IMG/VR virus record: IMGVR_UViG_3300020185_000013
Coordinates: 1 to 64,000 of that record
Reading direction: 5' to 3' (one strand)
Source of the DNA: a virus
Length of the DNA: 64,000 bases
Numbering within the stretch: the first letter of the stretch is position 1; every line of letters starts with the position of its first letter. The notes beneath the pieces are model-generated. The model was not told where the DNA came from, made no database searches, and saw only the letters and a list, made by a program, of their open reading frames with translations. Position numbers and translations under genes: made by a program. Shown here in pieces: positions 26,502-37,239 of the stretch.

Positions 26502-28283
26502 ATGTCTGAACAAGCACAAGATAATACATCACTACCAGGAGAATCTTCAAAACTTCAATTTGTTTCTGAAGAAAACGGCATCTTTATGTATAGAGATGTA
26601 GATAGTGGGGCTGAAATAAATTCACAGGCTCTAATTGATGGTGCGAAAGGAAATCCACCAATTTCAGGAGAGGGAGCTGTTAAATTAGGAGCTACTATAA
26701 AGCAATCTATTGGTGCAGAAAACGGCGGATTTTACGGAGCCCAACCAGATATCCAATCTAGAAAATATAGTGTTGGTAAAGAGGTTTCAGGAGCAGGAAA
26801 CACCAATAATAAGGTAGAAGATGCTGGGCAAACAGTTGATGCTGGACAGGCAGTAAGATCTAAATTTAACAGATGGTCATTATTTAAGACTGAAAATATT
26901 GCAGGTAAAAGCGGTGTAGGAACTGCAAGTAATAAAAAGGAAATGTCAGAGGCTCTATATGGAGGACCTGATGGTCCAATTCAAAACCCAACTGCACGTA
27001 ACATTGTTAACTTTGCAAAAGGAACTAAGTCTTCTGGAAAAAGTCCATCAACTAGCTTAGGATATGATTATGATTTAGCTGACTTTATTCAATGTCAACA
27101 CTATGGAATGATTAGCAATAATTATATGCTAACTCTAAGAAGGTTTCCATATCCAGTACAAGACGATATTATTAGCCCAAAAATATTTGATAAAACCGGT
27201 AAGCCGGTGGAATCACACCAGCCTGATCTTGCAAGGGCTATTACTTGGATGTCACCTGCGCTTGGAAACGATCTTAAAGAAATTTTAAAGTTTAAGGTGG
27301 GTTATAACTGGAAGGATGTTGAATCTCAATTACAAGATATTCAAACTTCTAAATCTAATAGAGGTGCACTTGGTTCAAGTATTGACGGTAGTCCATTACT
27401 TTCAGCAGTAGAGGCTGGTTTAAATGGTAGAAGTGCAGCAGAATCTCAATTAATTAGAGAAAGAGGTGCTGGATTTGACCCAACTAAAGAAACTTACCCA
27501 AACAAAGTATTTGGACCATATAATGTAATTAAAGACGTATTAGCTAGGGATCGCGGAATTAAATTTGAACAAGATTTCACACTTACGTTTCATTATGACA
27601 TTAGAGGATACGGAAACACTTCACCGAAGGCAGCGTTTATGGATACGATGTCAAACATATTGGCACTAACATATAGTAATGCTCCATTCTGGGGAGGAGC
27701 TACTCGTTATCTAGGAAGCGGTAGTGTTGGTAAGCCATTTGGTGATCTTAATAAACTTAAAAGTGGAGATTACCAAGGATTTTTAACAGGTTTAAAAGAT
27801 CAATTTTCCGGAGCCCTTTCTGGAGGATGGGAAGATCTTAAAAAAGGATTTGGTAACTCAAAAATTCTTGATAACGTTGTTGGTGGTGGCTTGATGAAAT
27901 TATTTGGAGGTCCTCAAGGTGCAACTCTTGCTGCAGCATTTCTAACTGGTGATCCTACTGGTAACTGGCACTTAACAATTGGTAATCCAATGGCACCAAT
28001 GGTAGTGATAGGTAACTTAGCACTGCAAGATGCTCAATTTGAATTTGAAGGTCCTCTTGGATATGAAGATTTTCCAAGTAAATTAAAAGTTACAATTACC
28101 TTAAAACCAGGTAGACCAAGAGATAAGGGTGATATTGAGAGCATGTTTAATGCTGGAAGAGGTAGACTGTATCTACAACCTGAAGAAGGTGGTGGTCCTA
28201 ACGAAGGATTGGTTGATGCATACGGTAAGAAAATAATGACAGAAGAAATGATACGTAGAGCTTCTGATATGAATCACGGATAA
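26502..28283 (+). CDS. Putative baseplate/tail-tube-initiator structural protein
   Basis: First gene after late motif 26474, upstream of gp53-like gene; tube-fold-like C-terminus (FPSKLKVTITLKPGRPR). Confidence 0.5.
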   Translation: MSEQAQDNTSLPGESSKLQFVSEENGIFMYRDVDSGAEINSQALIDGAKGNPPISGEGAVKLGATIKQSIGAENGGFYGAQPDIQSRKYSVGKEVSGAGNTNNKVEDAGQTVDAGQAVRSKFNRWSLFKTENIAGKSGVGTASNKKEMSEALYGGPDGPIQNPTARNIVNFAKGTKSSGKSPSTSLGYDYDLADFIQCQHYGMISNNYMLTLRRFPYPVQDDIISPKIFDKTGKPVESHQPDLARAITWMSPALGNDLKEILKFKVGYNWKDVESQLQDIQTSKSNRGALGSSIDGSPLLSAVEAGLNGRSAAESQLIRERGAGFDPTKETYPNKVFGPYNVIKDVLARDRGIKFEQDFTLTFHYDIRGYGNTSPKAAFMDTMSNILALTYSNAPFWGGATRYLGSGSVGKPFGDLNKLKSGDYQGFLTGLKDQFSGALSGGWEDLKKGFGNSKILDNVVGGGLMKLFGGPQGATLAAAFLTGDPTGNWHLTIGNPMAPMVVIGNLALQDAQFEFEGPLGYEDFPSKLKVTITLKPGRPRDKGDIESMFNAGRGRLYLQPEEGGGPNEGLVDAYGKKIMTEEMIRRASDMNHG

Positions 28284-28288
28284 TAGAT

Positions 28289-28843
28289 ATGGAATTAAAA
28301 ACATTATTAAATAAGATCAGCGACGGCGTTAAAATTATAATGGCTGTTCCTTCTATAATCTTTAGTGATAGAGAAAATGCTAAACTAGTTGAAGAAAATC
28401 ATGCTATCACTAAGTTTGAAGAGGCAAGACCAGATCTAGTTGCACTTAAGTACTATGGAACTACGGAGGGGCTAGATATTATTTTAAAGTATAACAATAT
28501 ATCTGATCCTTTTTCTATTAAACAGGGTCAGATTATATCAGTACCTTCTCAAGAAATTTCACTAATTAAGTTTCAACGACCAAAAGAGGTTGAAGAAAAC
28601 CCAGTAAAGCAGCAGTTTATTGATACAAAAAGATTGACGACTAAAGATCAAAAAAGGGTTAAAGCTCTACAAAAGAAATACGGTAAAGAAAACCTATTGC
28701 CGCCAAATGTTATACCAGTGGGCAAGAAAACTTATAGATTTGAAAGGGGTAAAATTGTGTTTGGGAAACAGGCACAAAGTGACCCTGTTGTGGATGAAAT
28801 TTTAAAAGAGACTAGAAGTCAAGATACTCAAAACTTAAGTTAA
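28289..28843 (+). CDS. Baseplate wedge protein, T4 gp53-like (LysM-like)
   Basis: RPDLVALKYYG...IILKYNNISDPF...GQIISVP. Confidence 0.75.
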   Translation: MELKTLLNKISDGVKIIMAVPSIIFSDRENAKLVEENHAITKFEEARPDLVALKYYGTTEGLDIILKYNNISDPFSIKQGQIISVPSQEISLIKFQRPKEVEENPVKQQFIDTKRLTTKDQKRVKALQKKYGKENLLPPNVIPVGKKTYRFERGKIVFGKQAQSDPVVDEILKETRSQDTQNLS

Positions 28844-28849
28844 TAATAG

Positions 28850-30349
28850 ATGGATCTATCTAGTAAAATATTAGCCTTAATTGAGCCTTCAATTGAGCCT
28901 TCAAAAATTGAAACACCTTCAAAAAATGAAGAGAGTGGAGAAGAGGATAAAATAACGAAAACTTTCGGTATTGATTCTCCTGTCATTTTTTTAAATGGTT
29001 ATGTTTTTGAAAGAATTGATGTTGTCAATTTTTCAATTGAAAGCGCTGGAGTTATACCAATCTGTTCGGCTAAGATTGTAGATTCAAAAAATGTGTTTAC
29101 TGTTGATGCTTTTCCTAGAGACGGAGATGTATTTACTGTTTTTATTAATTCAAAAAATCAAAGCACTTTTAAGTCAATTCATCTTGATTTTGAAATTATA
29201 AACATTACTGCTGAGCCAAAAAAAGAGGGAGATCCTAAAGTAGTTAATCTTACTGGAAGGGTTAAAGTACCTAAATTTTTTGCTGAAAATTGTCAACATT
29301 TAGAAGAGAACACTTCATTAGAGCATATTACTAAAGTAGCAAAAGAATTAGGACTAGGACTAGCTTCTAATATTGAAAGTACTGACGATTCACAAATAAG
29401 AATTCAACCATACATAAATTACGTTGATTTTATAAATAATATTGTCTCAACTTCATATATTAATGATGACTCTTTCCAGACTCATTTTATTGACCATTAT
29501 TATTATCTAAATTTTGTTAATGTAAATTCTATTTTTAATTCAGAAAATCCACCGCTTGATAGTTTTGAAGAATCTTTAGCATCTTTAAATGTTTCAATTG
29601 GAGAAGAATCATTTGCGCCAGAAGACATTGACTCAAACCCAACTCGATTATTTTTAACTAATAAAGTTAACTTTAAGGCAACAAATCAATATGTAAATAA
29701 ATTTGAGATAGTTAATTCATCACAAGCGGTAACAGAAGTACATGGTCATTTTAGAGATGTTCAAGTATATGATGATAATTCAGATGAAAAACTTGATGAA
29801 TTTGAATTAAGTACACTAACACAAGACCCTTCAAGGTTGCTTGATATTCAAGAGCCACTTCGCGGAAACAGAGAAAGCGAAGAATATGCACAGCTTAGGA
29901 AACATAAGTATATGGGTAGACAGGATGTTGGTAGCGATGGAATTGGAAATTCACACCCTAATTATGTGTTCGCTCAATTAAATAATAACATGAATAACGA
30001 CGATACTCAAAGAATGAAAATGGTTGTTACTCTTGAATCTTTTAATCCTTCACTATATAGGTTTCAAAAAGTACCTTTGCTACTTTATCATGTTACTTCA
30101 GAAAGTATAAAACCTGCGCTTGAGTTGGAAAAAGAAAAAGAAAAGCAAGGATTTACAGATTCAGCAATTGATGTTCCTAAAGGCGAAGAAAACCCAGATC
30201 AAGTATTAGATCAATTTGCTTCAGGATATTATATAGTAGAATCAATAGAGTTAATTTATAAAAAGAGACTTGGTAAATTCTTTCAACGAGTTACTCTTAT
30301 AAGAAGAGATTGGCCGGCTAGACTAAACGCGGTTAAAGGGAATAAATAA
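28850..30349 (+). CDS. Putative baseplate hub (gp27/GpD-like)
   Basis: Position between gp53-like and gp5-like genes; C-terminal SGYYIVESI...VTLIRRDW. Confidence 0.55.
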   Translation: MDLSSKILALIEPSIEPSKIETPSKNEESGEEDKITKTFGIDSPVIFLNGYVFERIDVVNFSIESAGVIPICSAKIVDSKNVFTVDAFPRDGDVFTVFINSKNQSTFKSIHLDFEIINITAEPKKEGDPKVVNLTGRVKVPKFFAENCQHLEENTSLEHITKVAKELGLGLASNIESTDDSQIRIQPYINYVDFINNIVSTSYINDDSFQTHFIDHYYYLNFVNVNSIFNSENPPLDSFEESLASLNVSIGEESFAPEDIDSNPTRLFLTNKVNFKATNQYVNKFEIVNSSQAVTEVHGHFRDVQVYDDNSDEKLDEFELSTLTQDPSRLLDIQEPLRGNRESEEYAQLRKHKYMGRQDVGSDGIGNSHPNYVFAQLNNNMNNDDTQRMKMVVTLESFNPSLYRFQKVPLLLYHVTSESIKPALELEKEKEKQGFTDSAIDVPKGEENPDQVLDQFASGYYIVESIELIYKKRLGKFFQRVTLIRRDWPARLNAVKGNK

Positions 30350-30356
30350 TTAAATT

Positions 30357-31505
30357 ATGCAAGACTTCAAGACGACATTAGACTTTAGAAAGGGCTTTCG
30401 CTATAGCAAATTAGCGGAGGATCCTACATTCTTGACGTTTTTCTTTATGTTTGACTACTTTAGTGAAGAGTCTCCTCTATTTAATGGAGAGGCAGAGAAT
30501 TACTTAAAAAATGTAGTTAAAGATGCTGAAAAAGCGGAGGCTCTTGCGAACTTTAAAAAGATTTTACAAAGAATTAATTCTGAACTTCCTTGGTTTTGGC
30601 AAAGTGTTTCTGGAATTGATACTACTCGACAATATGGTAACATGGAAGAACCATGGTGGGGAGCTGATAAACCTGCGATTGAGATAAGTTGTTTAGAGAC
30701 TGTAGAACTTACGGTTTCTGGTATGATCGATCTATACAAAAAGGCAGCATATGACTTTAATAGATGGGTTGAAGTTATTCCAAAGAACTTAAGACGTTTT
30801 AGAATGTGGGTTTGGGTTTCAGAAGTTAGAGACTTTTCTACATCTTCAGCTTCAAAGGCGTTTAGCGCGCTTCAAGAGGCTGGAGGAAACAATGTTGTTA
30901 GTAATGACAATAGCGTTAAAAGTGCTAAACCATTCTTTCAAATTGAATTAAATTATTGTACATGGGATATTGACTCTACGAGTAATATATTTGCTGATCT
31001 TTCAAGAAGTCCTAGCGAAGTTGCAGCTCCAACTATTAAAATCTTTTACGAAAATGTTTCATATATTGGGGAATACGGTAACAATTCAATACCGAATGCT
31101 AATAGAACTTTGGGAGAAATGCTTGGAGATATTGCAAAAGAAAAGTTAGACCGAATTACAAGTGGAGCAATTGATAGAGTTTCTGAAAGTCTACAAGCAA
31201 GAGCACTTCTTGGAAATGTACATGGCATAAATTTAGCATCAACTATTCAAGACGCATTTAATGCTGGATCAGTTAATGGTATTGCAAACATCCTGAATGG
31301 AGTTAATACTACTAGCTCTGGAAATACCGGAGACGGTAATCTTGGAGAGGTGCACGATAAAGTTCCTCAAAAAAATGAATCACCAAGAGGAAACGTTTAT
31401 GGAGAAGTAGCTCAAGATTCTGAAGATCTAACTCCAGAAAACGTGTATATTAATTCAAACGTAACAGATAACGAAGGTCCAATCAACCAAAACGTACATA
31501 AATAA
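30357..31505 (+). CDS. Putative tail/baseplate structural protein
   Basis: Context; tube-like segment WFWQSVSGID. Confidence 0.5.
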   Translation: MQDFKTTLDFRKGFRYSKLAEDPTFLTFFFMFDYFSEESPLFNGEAENYLKNVVKDAEKAEALANFKKILQRINSELPWFWQSVSGIDTTRQYGNMEEPWWGADKPAIEISCLETVELTVSGMIDLYKKAAYDFNRWVEVIPKNLRRFRMWVWVSEVRDFSTSSASKAFSALQEAGGNNVVSNDNSVKSAKPFFQIELNYCTWDIDSTSNIFADLSRSPSEVAAPTIKIFYENVSYIGEYGNNSIPNANRTLGEMLGDIAKEKLDRITSGAIDRVSESLQARALLGNVHGINLASTIQDAFNAGSVNGIANILNGVNTTSSGNTGDGNLGEVHDKVPQKNESPRGNVYGEVAQDSEDLTPENVYINSNVTDNEGPINQNVHK

Positions 31506-32212
31506 TGGAGACCATAAGAGAGTTATATCGTGATAACGTTAGAGACTCTCACTGGATTGGTGAGGTAGTTAATAACGAGGATCCTCTTCTAAATGGAAGA
31601 TGTAGGGTAAAGGTGTTTGGTAAATTCGACCTTTTACCAGAAGAGGCTATTCCATGGGCAACTCCAATGAATCGTGATCAGGTAGGTGCACACTCAGTTC
31701 CTAGGGTTGGCGACATTGTAGCCATTCGTTTCGATAATGGTAACATATACCACCCAGAGTATTGGTTCCAGGTGGATCAGAATAGTGCCCTTAAGAGTGA
31801 GGTACTTGAGAATTCTGAAACTCCTCAAAATGTAATTTCACTCGTTTACGACGACGAAAGAAACTTAAGAATATACCACTCACCTGAAGACGGATTAGTT
31901 GTAACATCTGGAGAGTCTAATACTGAGGCTCCAATGTTAAGATTTAGTCCAGAAGGAGAGATCTTTATTAATTCAGACAATATCTTTATTGCTGAAAGTG
32001 GGACAGATGATTCTGAACCAGCAGTTCGTGGAGAAACACTATCAAAGCTTCTACAAAAAATGCTTGATTTTATTACAACACATACACACACTTCACCAAC
32101 AGGACCAACAACGCCTCCACTGCCTCCTGTTTCAATACAGGGTAAAGCACTAAAGAGTCAACTTGGTCAAAATTCAGGAGAGGGTAAAATTAAACAGAAA
32201 TCAACACCTTAA
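31505..32212 (+). CDS. Baseplate central spike, gp5/gpV OB-fold, no lysozyme domain
   Basis: IGEVVNNEDPLLNGRCRVKVFG, PWATP, VPRVGD; C-terminal HTH(T) metal-binding tip motif. Confidence 0.85.
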   Translation: METIRELYRDNVRDSHWIGEVVNNEDPLLNGRCRVKVFGKFDLLPEEAIPWATPMNRDQVGAHSVPRVGDIVAIRFDNGNIYHPEYWFQVDQNSALKSEVLENSETPQNVISLVYDDERNLRIYHSPEDGLVVTSGESNTEAPMLRFSPEGEIFINSDNIFIAESGTDDSEPAVRGETLSKLLQKMLDFITTHTHTSPTGPTTPPLPPVSIQGKALKSQLGQNSGEGKIKQKSTP

Positions 32213-32213
32213 A

Positions 32214-33311
32214 ATGGCAGATCAAAAAACAGGAGATGATACAGGGGTAGGTACACTTAACGATGGGAATAGTGGAGCACCGACCGGAGCACCTTCTACG
32301 CCTTCATTCGGTGGCGGTGGAGGAATACCAACTCCAACCGGAACTCCAGGCGGCTCTGGAACTCCAGGCGGCTCTGGAACACCGGCAGGTACTGGAACAC
32401 CGGCAGGTACTGGAACACCAACAGGTACTGGTGGAAACCCAGGTTCTACTGCAACTGCTTCACCACCAAGTCCATTTCCCCCAGGATCTAATTTAAGCGC
32501 AGCACTTGATTCTTTTCTAAATAAAGGTGGAGATGGTTTACCTTCATATGAAGATGTCGTCGGTATTTTTATTGCAACTAAAGTTGGAATGAATGAAATT
32601 AAAAGACAAAATCCTCAAATTGCAGATGCTGACTTTAAGGTTGAAATTGATAGTTTAAAAGATTACTATATGAATGGTGCTGGAAAAGAGGCACTCGAAG
32701 GAAAATATAAAGACTTAAAAGCATCTCTTGGAAAGGCAAAAGAAATAGCAATTAAACTTCCGATTATAGCAACTCAAGCAATTGCAAGTTCAGTTCTTCC
32801 AGGTACGATAGGTATTGGAGTTCCTAACTTTGCAAAAATGGCGCTAGACCTAAAAGTAAGTACCGGTCAAATTAAAGAGGTTATTAATGACTTTTTAGTA
32901 ACAGTTGCGACAGTATTAAAACTTGCAGGTCAACTTGGTATTTCTAATAGCGGTCCAATTAAGCAACTTGGCAATATTGCTCGACCGCTTTTAAAATCGG
33001 CTCAAAAAATGGACAATGCTGAAAAGAAAGCAGATGCAAAAGAGGAAGAAGCAAATAACCCACAGCCTCCGTTTAAATATGTTATTGGTGATGAAACATT
33101 TACTGAAGCAAGCATTGAAGAACTCTTACAAAAGGAAGAGTTTTCTTATATTACTGGATGGCCACTTTCCGATACAAACATCAGTTCAATGAATGCCCAA
33201 TACAGTACCTTAATTAAATATGGTAATGGAGAAGTTGCAGACCAATTGTTAAAAGAATTAAATGTACTTAAAGCATATGATGCGTGGTATCGAGAAAACC
33301 ACAGTAATTAA
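32214..33311 (+). CDS. Hypothetical structural protein with Gly/Thr/Pro-rich repeat N-terminus
   Basis: ATG 32214; GTPGGS/GTPAGT 18-bp repeats near 32340-32430. Confidence 0.65.
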   Translation: MADQKTGDDTGVGTLNDGNSGAPTGAPSTPSFGGGGGIPTPTGTPGGSGTPGGSGTPAGTGTPAGTGTPTGTGGNPGSTATASPPSPFPPGSNLSAALDSFLNKGGDGLPSYEDVVGIFIATKVGMNEIKRQNPQIADADFKVEIDSLKDYYMNGAGKEALEGKYKDLKASLGKAKEIAIKLPIIATQAIASSVLPGTIGIGVPNFAKMALDLKVSTGQIKEVINDFLVTVATVLKLAGQLGISNSGPIKQLGNIARPLLKSAQKMDNAEKKADAKEEEANNPQPPFKYVIGDETFTEASIEELLQKEEFSYITGWPLSDTNISSMNAQYSTLIKYGNGEVADQLLKELNVLKAYDAWYRENHSN

Positions 33312-33350
33312 CGAATATATACTTAGTCTCACTTTTTAATTTAAAAATAA

Positions 33351-34640
33351 ATGTCAGAAAACAAAAGAAAGCGCCTAACCAAGCCAATGGCTGGTGAAGC
33401 AATCGTAGAAGAAACAGTAACTGTTGAATCTAACGAAGAAAGAGTAGAAGAAGAATCTTGGTTAAATGAAGATGGAACATTTAACTGGGATGGCTACGAA
33501 TCAACGTGTATTACTAACACTCGAAAACCAAATCCACACATCAAAACTAATGGTAAAGACAGAGTATTCTGTAGAGAACCATATGCCCAAAAACATTACG
33601 ATATTTATGCTGGACATGAAAGTGTTCAAAACATGCGAGTGCATGTAAATGTTGGCGACATCGTTGATGGTAGAGTATATGCAGTTTCTTCAGAATGGAT
33701 GACGCTTGATGTAGATTATCGCGAGATGATTTACGTTAAGTTATCAAAAGAACCTGCACACATACTTGAGGACTACAAACCAGGTGATGAGGTATCAGTA
33801 TTAATCACAAGCGACGGATACGATACTGCAAGTAACAATGCTCACATTACTGGATCTGTTTCGGGTGGTATGAAGCAAAGAGTCTTTAGAGACCTACAAT
33901 CCGGAGTTGATACTGCAGATACTGCATGGGTTGGTAGAGTTAGCCACATGATTGAGAATGGTGGTTATATCGTAGCTATTCAAGGTGTTGAGTGTTTTAT
34001 GCCAGGTTCATTAGCTGGAATTAATAAACTACATGACTTTGAATCTATTATTGGACAAGAAATGTATGTTGTTCCAGTGTCGTTCTCACCAGAAAGAGGT
34101 ACAATCGTAGTTTCTCACCGTAAGTATTTACAAGCAATGATTCCAACCGAGATTCAGAATCTTAAAGCTGCAATCGAAGATAATCATTTAGGTGAAGTAA
34201 CAGGTACTGCTAAATATGGAGTCTTTGTTGAGTTTAATACTTGTCTAACTGGTATGATTCACGTTAATGATTTAGATGAAGAAACAATGAAGAAATTCAA
34301 GGCAAGAGAAATCAAGCCCGGAGATTCAATTAGTTTCTGGATTAAAGACATCATTAGTAACACGAAGATTACACTAAGCCAAAAAGCTGAATCAATTGAT
34401 AATCCATGGTCAGATGTTGACAAAAAGTTCAAAGTACCATGTAATGTTGAAGCAACTGTAAAAACTAAAAAGGACTATGGTCTATTCATTAGCGTTGAAG
34501 AAGGTTTAGTTGGTTTATTGCATGTTAGCGAACTTGAAGATGGAATTATGGATCTATATAATCCAGGTGATAAAATTACCGTACAGATTAATAGAATCGA
34601 TAAGGCTGCTCAAAAGATCTTCCTTAAATTACCAGAATAA
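33351..34640 (+). CDS. rpsA: Ribosomal protein bS1-like protein (about four S1 domains)
   Basis: VGDIVDGRV, GYIV..QGVECFMPGS, IVVSHRK, GEVTGTAKYGVFV...GMIHVNDL, VKTKKDYGLFI...GLLHVSEL, IDKAAQKIFL. Confidence 0.85.
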   Translation: MSENKRKRLTKPMAGEAIVEETVTVESNEERVEEESWLNEDGTFNWDGYESTCITNTRKPNPHIKTNGKDRVFCREPYAQKHYDIYAGHESVQNMRVHVNVGDIVDGRVYAVSSEWMTLDVDYREMIYVKLSKEPAHILEDYKPGDEVSVLITSDGYDTASNNAHITGSVSGGMKQRVFRDLQSGVDTADTAWVGRVSHMIENGGYIVAIQGVECFMPGSLAGINKLHDFESIIGQEMYVVPVSFSPERGTIVVSHRKYLQAMIPTEIQNLKAAIEDNHLGEVTGTAKYGVFVEFNTCLTGMIHVNDLDEETMKKFKAREIKPGDSISFWIKDIISNTKITLSQKAESIDNPWSDVDKKFKVPCNVEATVKTKKDYGLFISVEEGLVGLLHVSELEDGIMDLYNPGDKITVQINRIDKAAQKIFLKLPE

Positions 34641-34699
34641 TTTAACACATCTCTGAATGTGATATATACTTAATAAGTGTATAATATCATAATCAGTCG

Positions 34700-36010
34700 A
34701 TGCAGACATTAAATAGAAATTCTGATAAATTGTCAATCTTAAACGCCTCACAGATAGGTGTTGAGTTTGAATTTTATTCTAATCACGGCATAGAAGAAAC
34801 GAGAGATATGCTCAAAGTTCTTCTAGGTCGTGATATTCGTATAGAAACGAAGGCCCACTCTGACTTCCAACCAGACGATAAAACGTTTAAAATGGAACCA
34901 GATATGAGTGGTGGCAAAGGTCTAATCGAGCTGGTTACTGGCGCAGTTCCATACAGAAATGCAAGGATCATGATTATTAAGATGCTTGGATGGATTAGAG
35001 AAAATGGCTACACAACTGAAAGATCTTCAATTCACCTAAACCTTTCATTTCAGAAAGACTTCTTAGATGATAAGAATACCATTTCAAAAATGAACACCCT
35101 TAAGTTTATTCTTGAATTTAATGAAGATCAAGTTTACAAGCTTTTCCCAAATAGAAAAGATTCGATTTATGCTAAGTCGATTAAATGGGTAATGCCAAAG
35201 AATGAATCGTTTTATTTTGACGGTTCATTAATTTCTCAAATGAACTTTAACTTCCCAAATACTAAGTACTACGGAATAAACTTTGATAAGAAGATTAAAA
35301 ATTACTTAGAATTTAGATATATTGGAGGAAAAGATTACGAACACAAGCAAGATAGTATTTTGTATCTTGTTGATCGATTTATTGTTCAAACGTGGAAATC
35401 ATGTTCAGAACCTGAGTTCACTGAAACTAATAAAATCGAACTGAAGAAGATTCTTAATAAGAATTTACCACTTAGAGAAATACTCAGCAATTACACAAAC
35501 TTAAAGAAGCACTATCCAAGTATTGATGTTATGGTAGACTTACAAGAAGTAGATGCTGTGATTAGATTACAATGGGATCGAATTAAAAACAAAATAGTTT
35601 CTTTAATCTCACTTGGTGGTATGGTAGAGGGTATCATTAATTATGATTCTGATATTGGTCGAGTACAGGTTAAAGATGGAAAGTTTCCAGTATGCTATGA
35701 AATTGATGGAGTAGATTTAATTGATTGTCATGTAAATGGAAACGTTTTTAATTCAAACATGCATAACAGTGAGGTTACAAGATCAGTACTTAAAACATGT
35801 AATCTGTATAATGGCACTGAGGTTTCAGACTCTAAGATTGAATCTTCTTATGTACATGCAAGCTGTACTGCTAAGAACTGTTATGTGTTTGGTAGGGGTG
35901 GAATTTTTAAAGGTAAAATGATAGGTGGAATCTTCAGGGAAGGATTCATCGATGATAATACAAGATTTGACGAAACAGAAGTTGTCGTCAGTAAAAAAAT
36001 AAATTCGTAA
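34700..36010 (+). CDS. Putative amidoligase (COOH-NH2 ligase family)
   Basis: IGVEFEF, IELVT, SSIHLNLS, KYYGINF, LEFRYIGG. Confidence 0.72.
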   Translation: MQTLNRNSDKLSILNASQIGVEFEFYSNHGIEETRDMLKVLLGRDIRIETKAHSDFQPDDKTFKMEPDMSGGKGLIELVTGAVPYRNARIMIIKMLGWIRENGYTTERSSIHLNLSFQKDFLDDKNTISKMNTLKFILEFNEDQVYKLFPNRKDSIYAKSIKWVMPKNESFYFDGSLISQMNFNFPNTKYYGINFDKKIKNYLEFRYIGGKDYEHKQDSILYLVDRFIVQTWKSCSEPEFTETNKIELKKILNKNLPLREILSNYTNLKKHYPSIDVMVDLQEVDAVIRLQWDRIKNKIVSLISLGGMVEGIINYDSDIGRVQVKDGKFPVCYEIDGVDLIDCHVNGNVFNSNMHNSEVTRSVLKTCNLYNGTEVSDSKIESSYVHASCTAKNCYVFGRGGIFKGKMIGGIFREGFIDDNTRFDETEVVVSKKINS

Positions 36011-36011
36011 A

Positions 36012-36851
36012 ATGAGCGAAATTAGAAGTGGTACTAGTGGATTAAGCACTCCAAGAGATTTTGGAACAGACTGTGAAAATGCATTCTTAGATGAATTAGC
36101 AGACGATATCACTGGAGCATGTATGGTTCCAGTAAATCTTCCAACTAGAGAAATCATGAACATTATTAAAAGAGCTAGAAAATGGTTCTATAAGAACTAT
36201 GAATATTCGGTAAGAGAAAACTTCTTCCATATTCCACATAATGTTTTTGAAACTGAATACTTTAGAAAAAATAGATCGGTTTATTTACCAGACACGTCAA
36301 GTACTGGAGCAGGTCAAGTATTCTCAGTTTTTGGACTATGGGATCTTTCTAGTGGATGGAATGGTGGTGGATCTGGACTAGACATCAGATTTACATCATT
36401 AGGAGATTTTGGAATGGAAAGAATGATGTTTAAAGGAGCATATTCTGGTTCTGGTTCAGCTGATTTTGCAGAAAACCTACAGTACTATGTAGTTAATAGA
36501 TCTCTATTCGATCTTTCAAGACAAATCTTAGAAAACCCAATTACATTCTCATTCTCTCAATTAACTGGAGAACTTAAGTTTTTAGGAGACACTCCAAAGG
36601 GTGATGTAATTATTAATGTATATGAAACCATTGAAGATTGTGCACTATACAGCGATGAAATCTTCTTTAGATATTGCTCAGCAAGAATTAAACAGTCTCT
36701 AGGAGCTAAACTTGGAATCTTTAAGTTTGCACTTCCTGGAAATGTTGACTTTGATTATGACGCGATCAAATCAATGGGAGACGAAGAATTAGCAGAAATT
36801 AAAGAGGAAATCAAGGGCGACGAAGGAGTTGACTGGATGTTCCACGGCTAA
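36012..36851 (+). CDS. Putative neck/head-tail adaptor (T4 gp13-like)
   Basis: IIKRARKWFY; C-terminal LGIFKFALPGNVDFDYD..K..GDEE resembles gp13 end. Confidence 0.62.
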   Translation: MSEIRSGTSGLSTPRDFGTDCENAFLDELADDITGACMVPVNLPTREIMNIIKRARKWFYKNYEYSVRENFFHIPHNVFETEYFRKNRSVYLPDTSSTGAGQVFSVFGLWDLSSGWNGGGSGLDIRFTSLGDFGMERMMFKGAYSGSGSADFAENLQYYVVNRSLFDLSRQILENPITFSFSQLTGELKFLGDTPKGDVIINVYETIEDCALYSDEIFFRYCSARIKQSLGAKLGIFKFALPGNVDFDYDAIKSMGDEELAEIKEEIKGDEGVDWMFHG

Positions 36852-36867
36852 TTATAATAAATAGAAT

Positions 36868-37224
36868 ATGGAACTGTATATTAAGACCATTGGCGACCCC
36901 AATCATAATCCAACTGAAGTTCATTCAAAAAATGAAATTGACCAGTTGATTACGCAGATTGAAACTATCCTCTTCACTAATAAAGGAGAGGTCTTAGGGG
37001 ATTCTGATTTTGGTTGCAGTTTAAATGACCTACTATATGAACTTAATGCAAATGAGTTCGTTGTAAAAAATGAAATAGACAAACAAATAGCAAGATATTG
37101 TCCACTTGCTTCTAAATATAGAGTCGACGCTGAAGTTAATTTTATTAGAGGAGAGGTAAGAGACGAAGCATTTATTGACATTACAATCGATAGCCAATAT
37201 ATGATATCAGTGTCAAGTTTATAA
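36868..37224 (+). CDS. Baseplate wedge protein gp25-like
   Basis: IETILFTNKGEVLGDSDFGCSLNDLLYE. Confidence 0.85.
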   Translation: MELYIKTIGDPNHNPTEVHSKNEIDQLITQIETILFTNKGEVLGDSDFGCSLNDLLYELNANEFVVKNEIDKQIARYCPLASKYRVDAEVNFIRGEVRDEAFIDITIDSQYMISVSSL

Positions 37225-37239
37225 AAAATTAATTAGATA

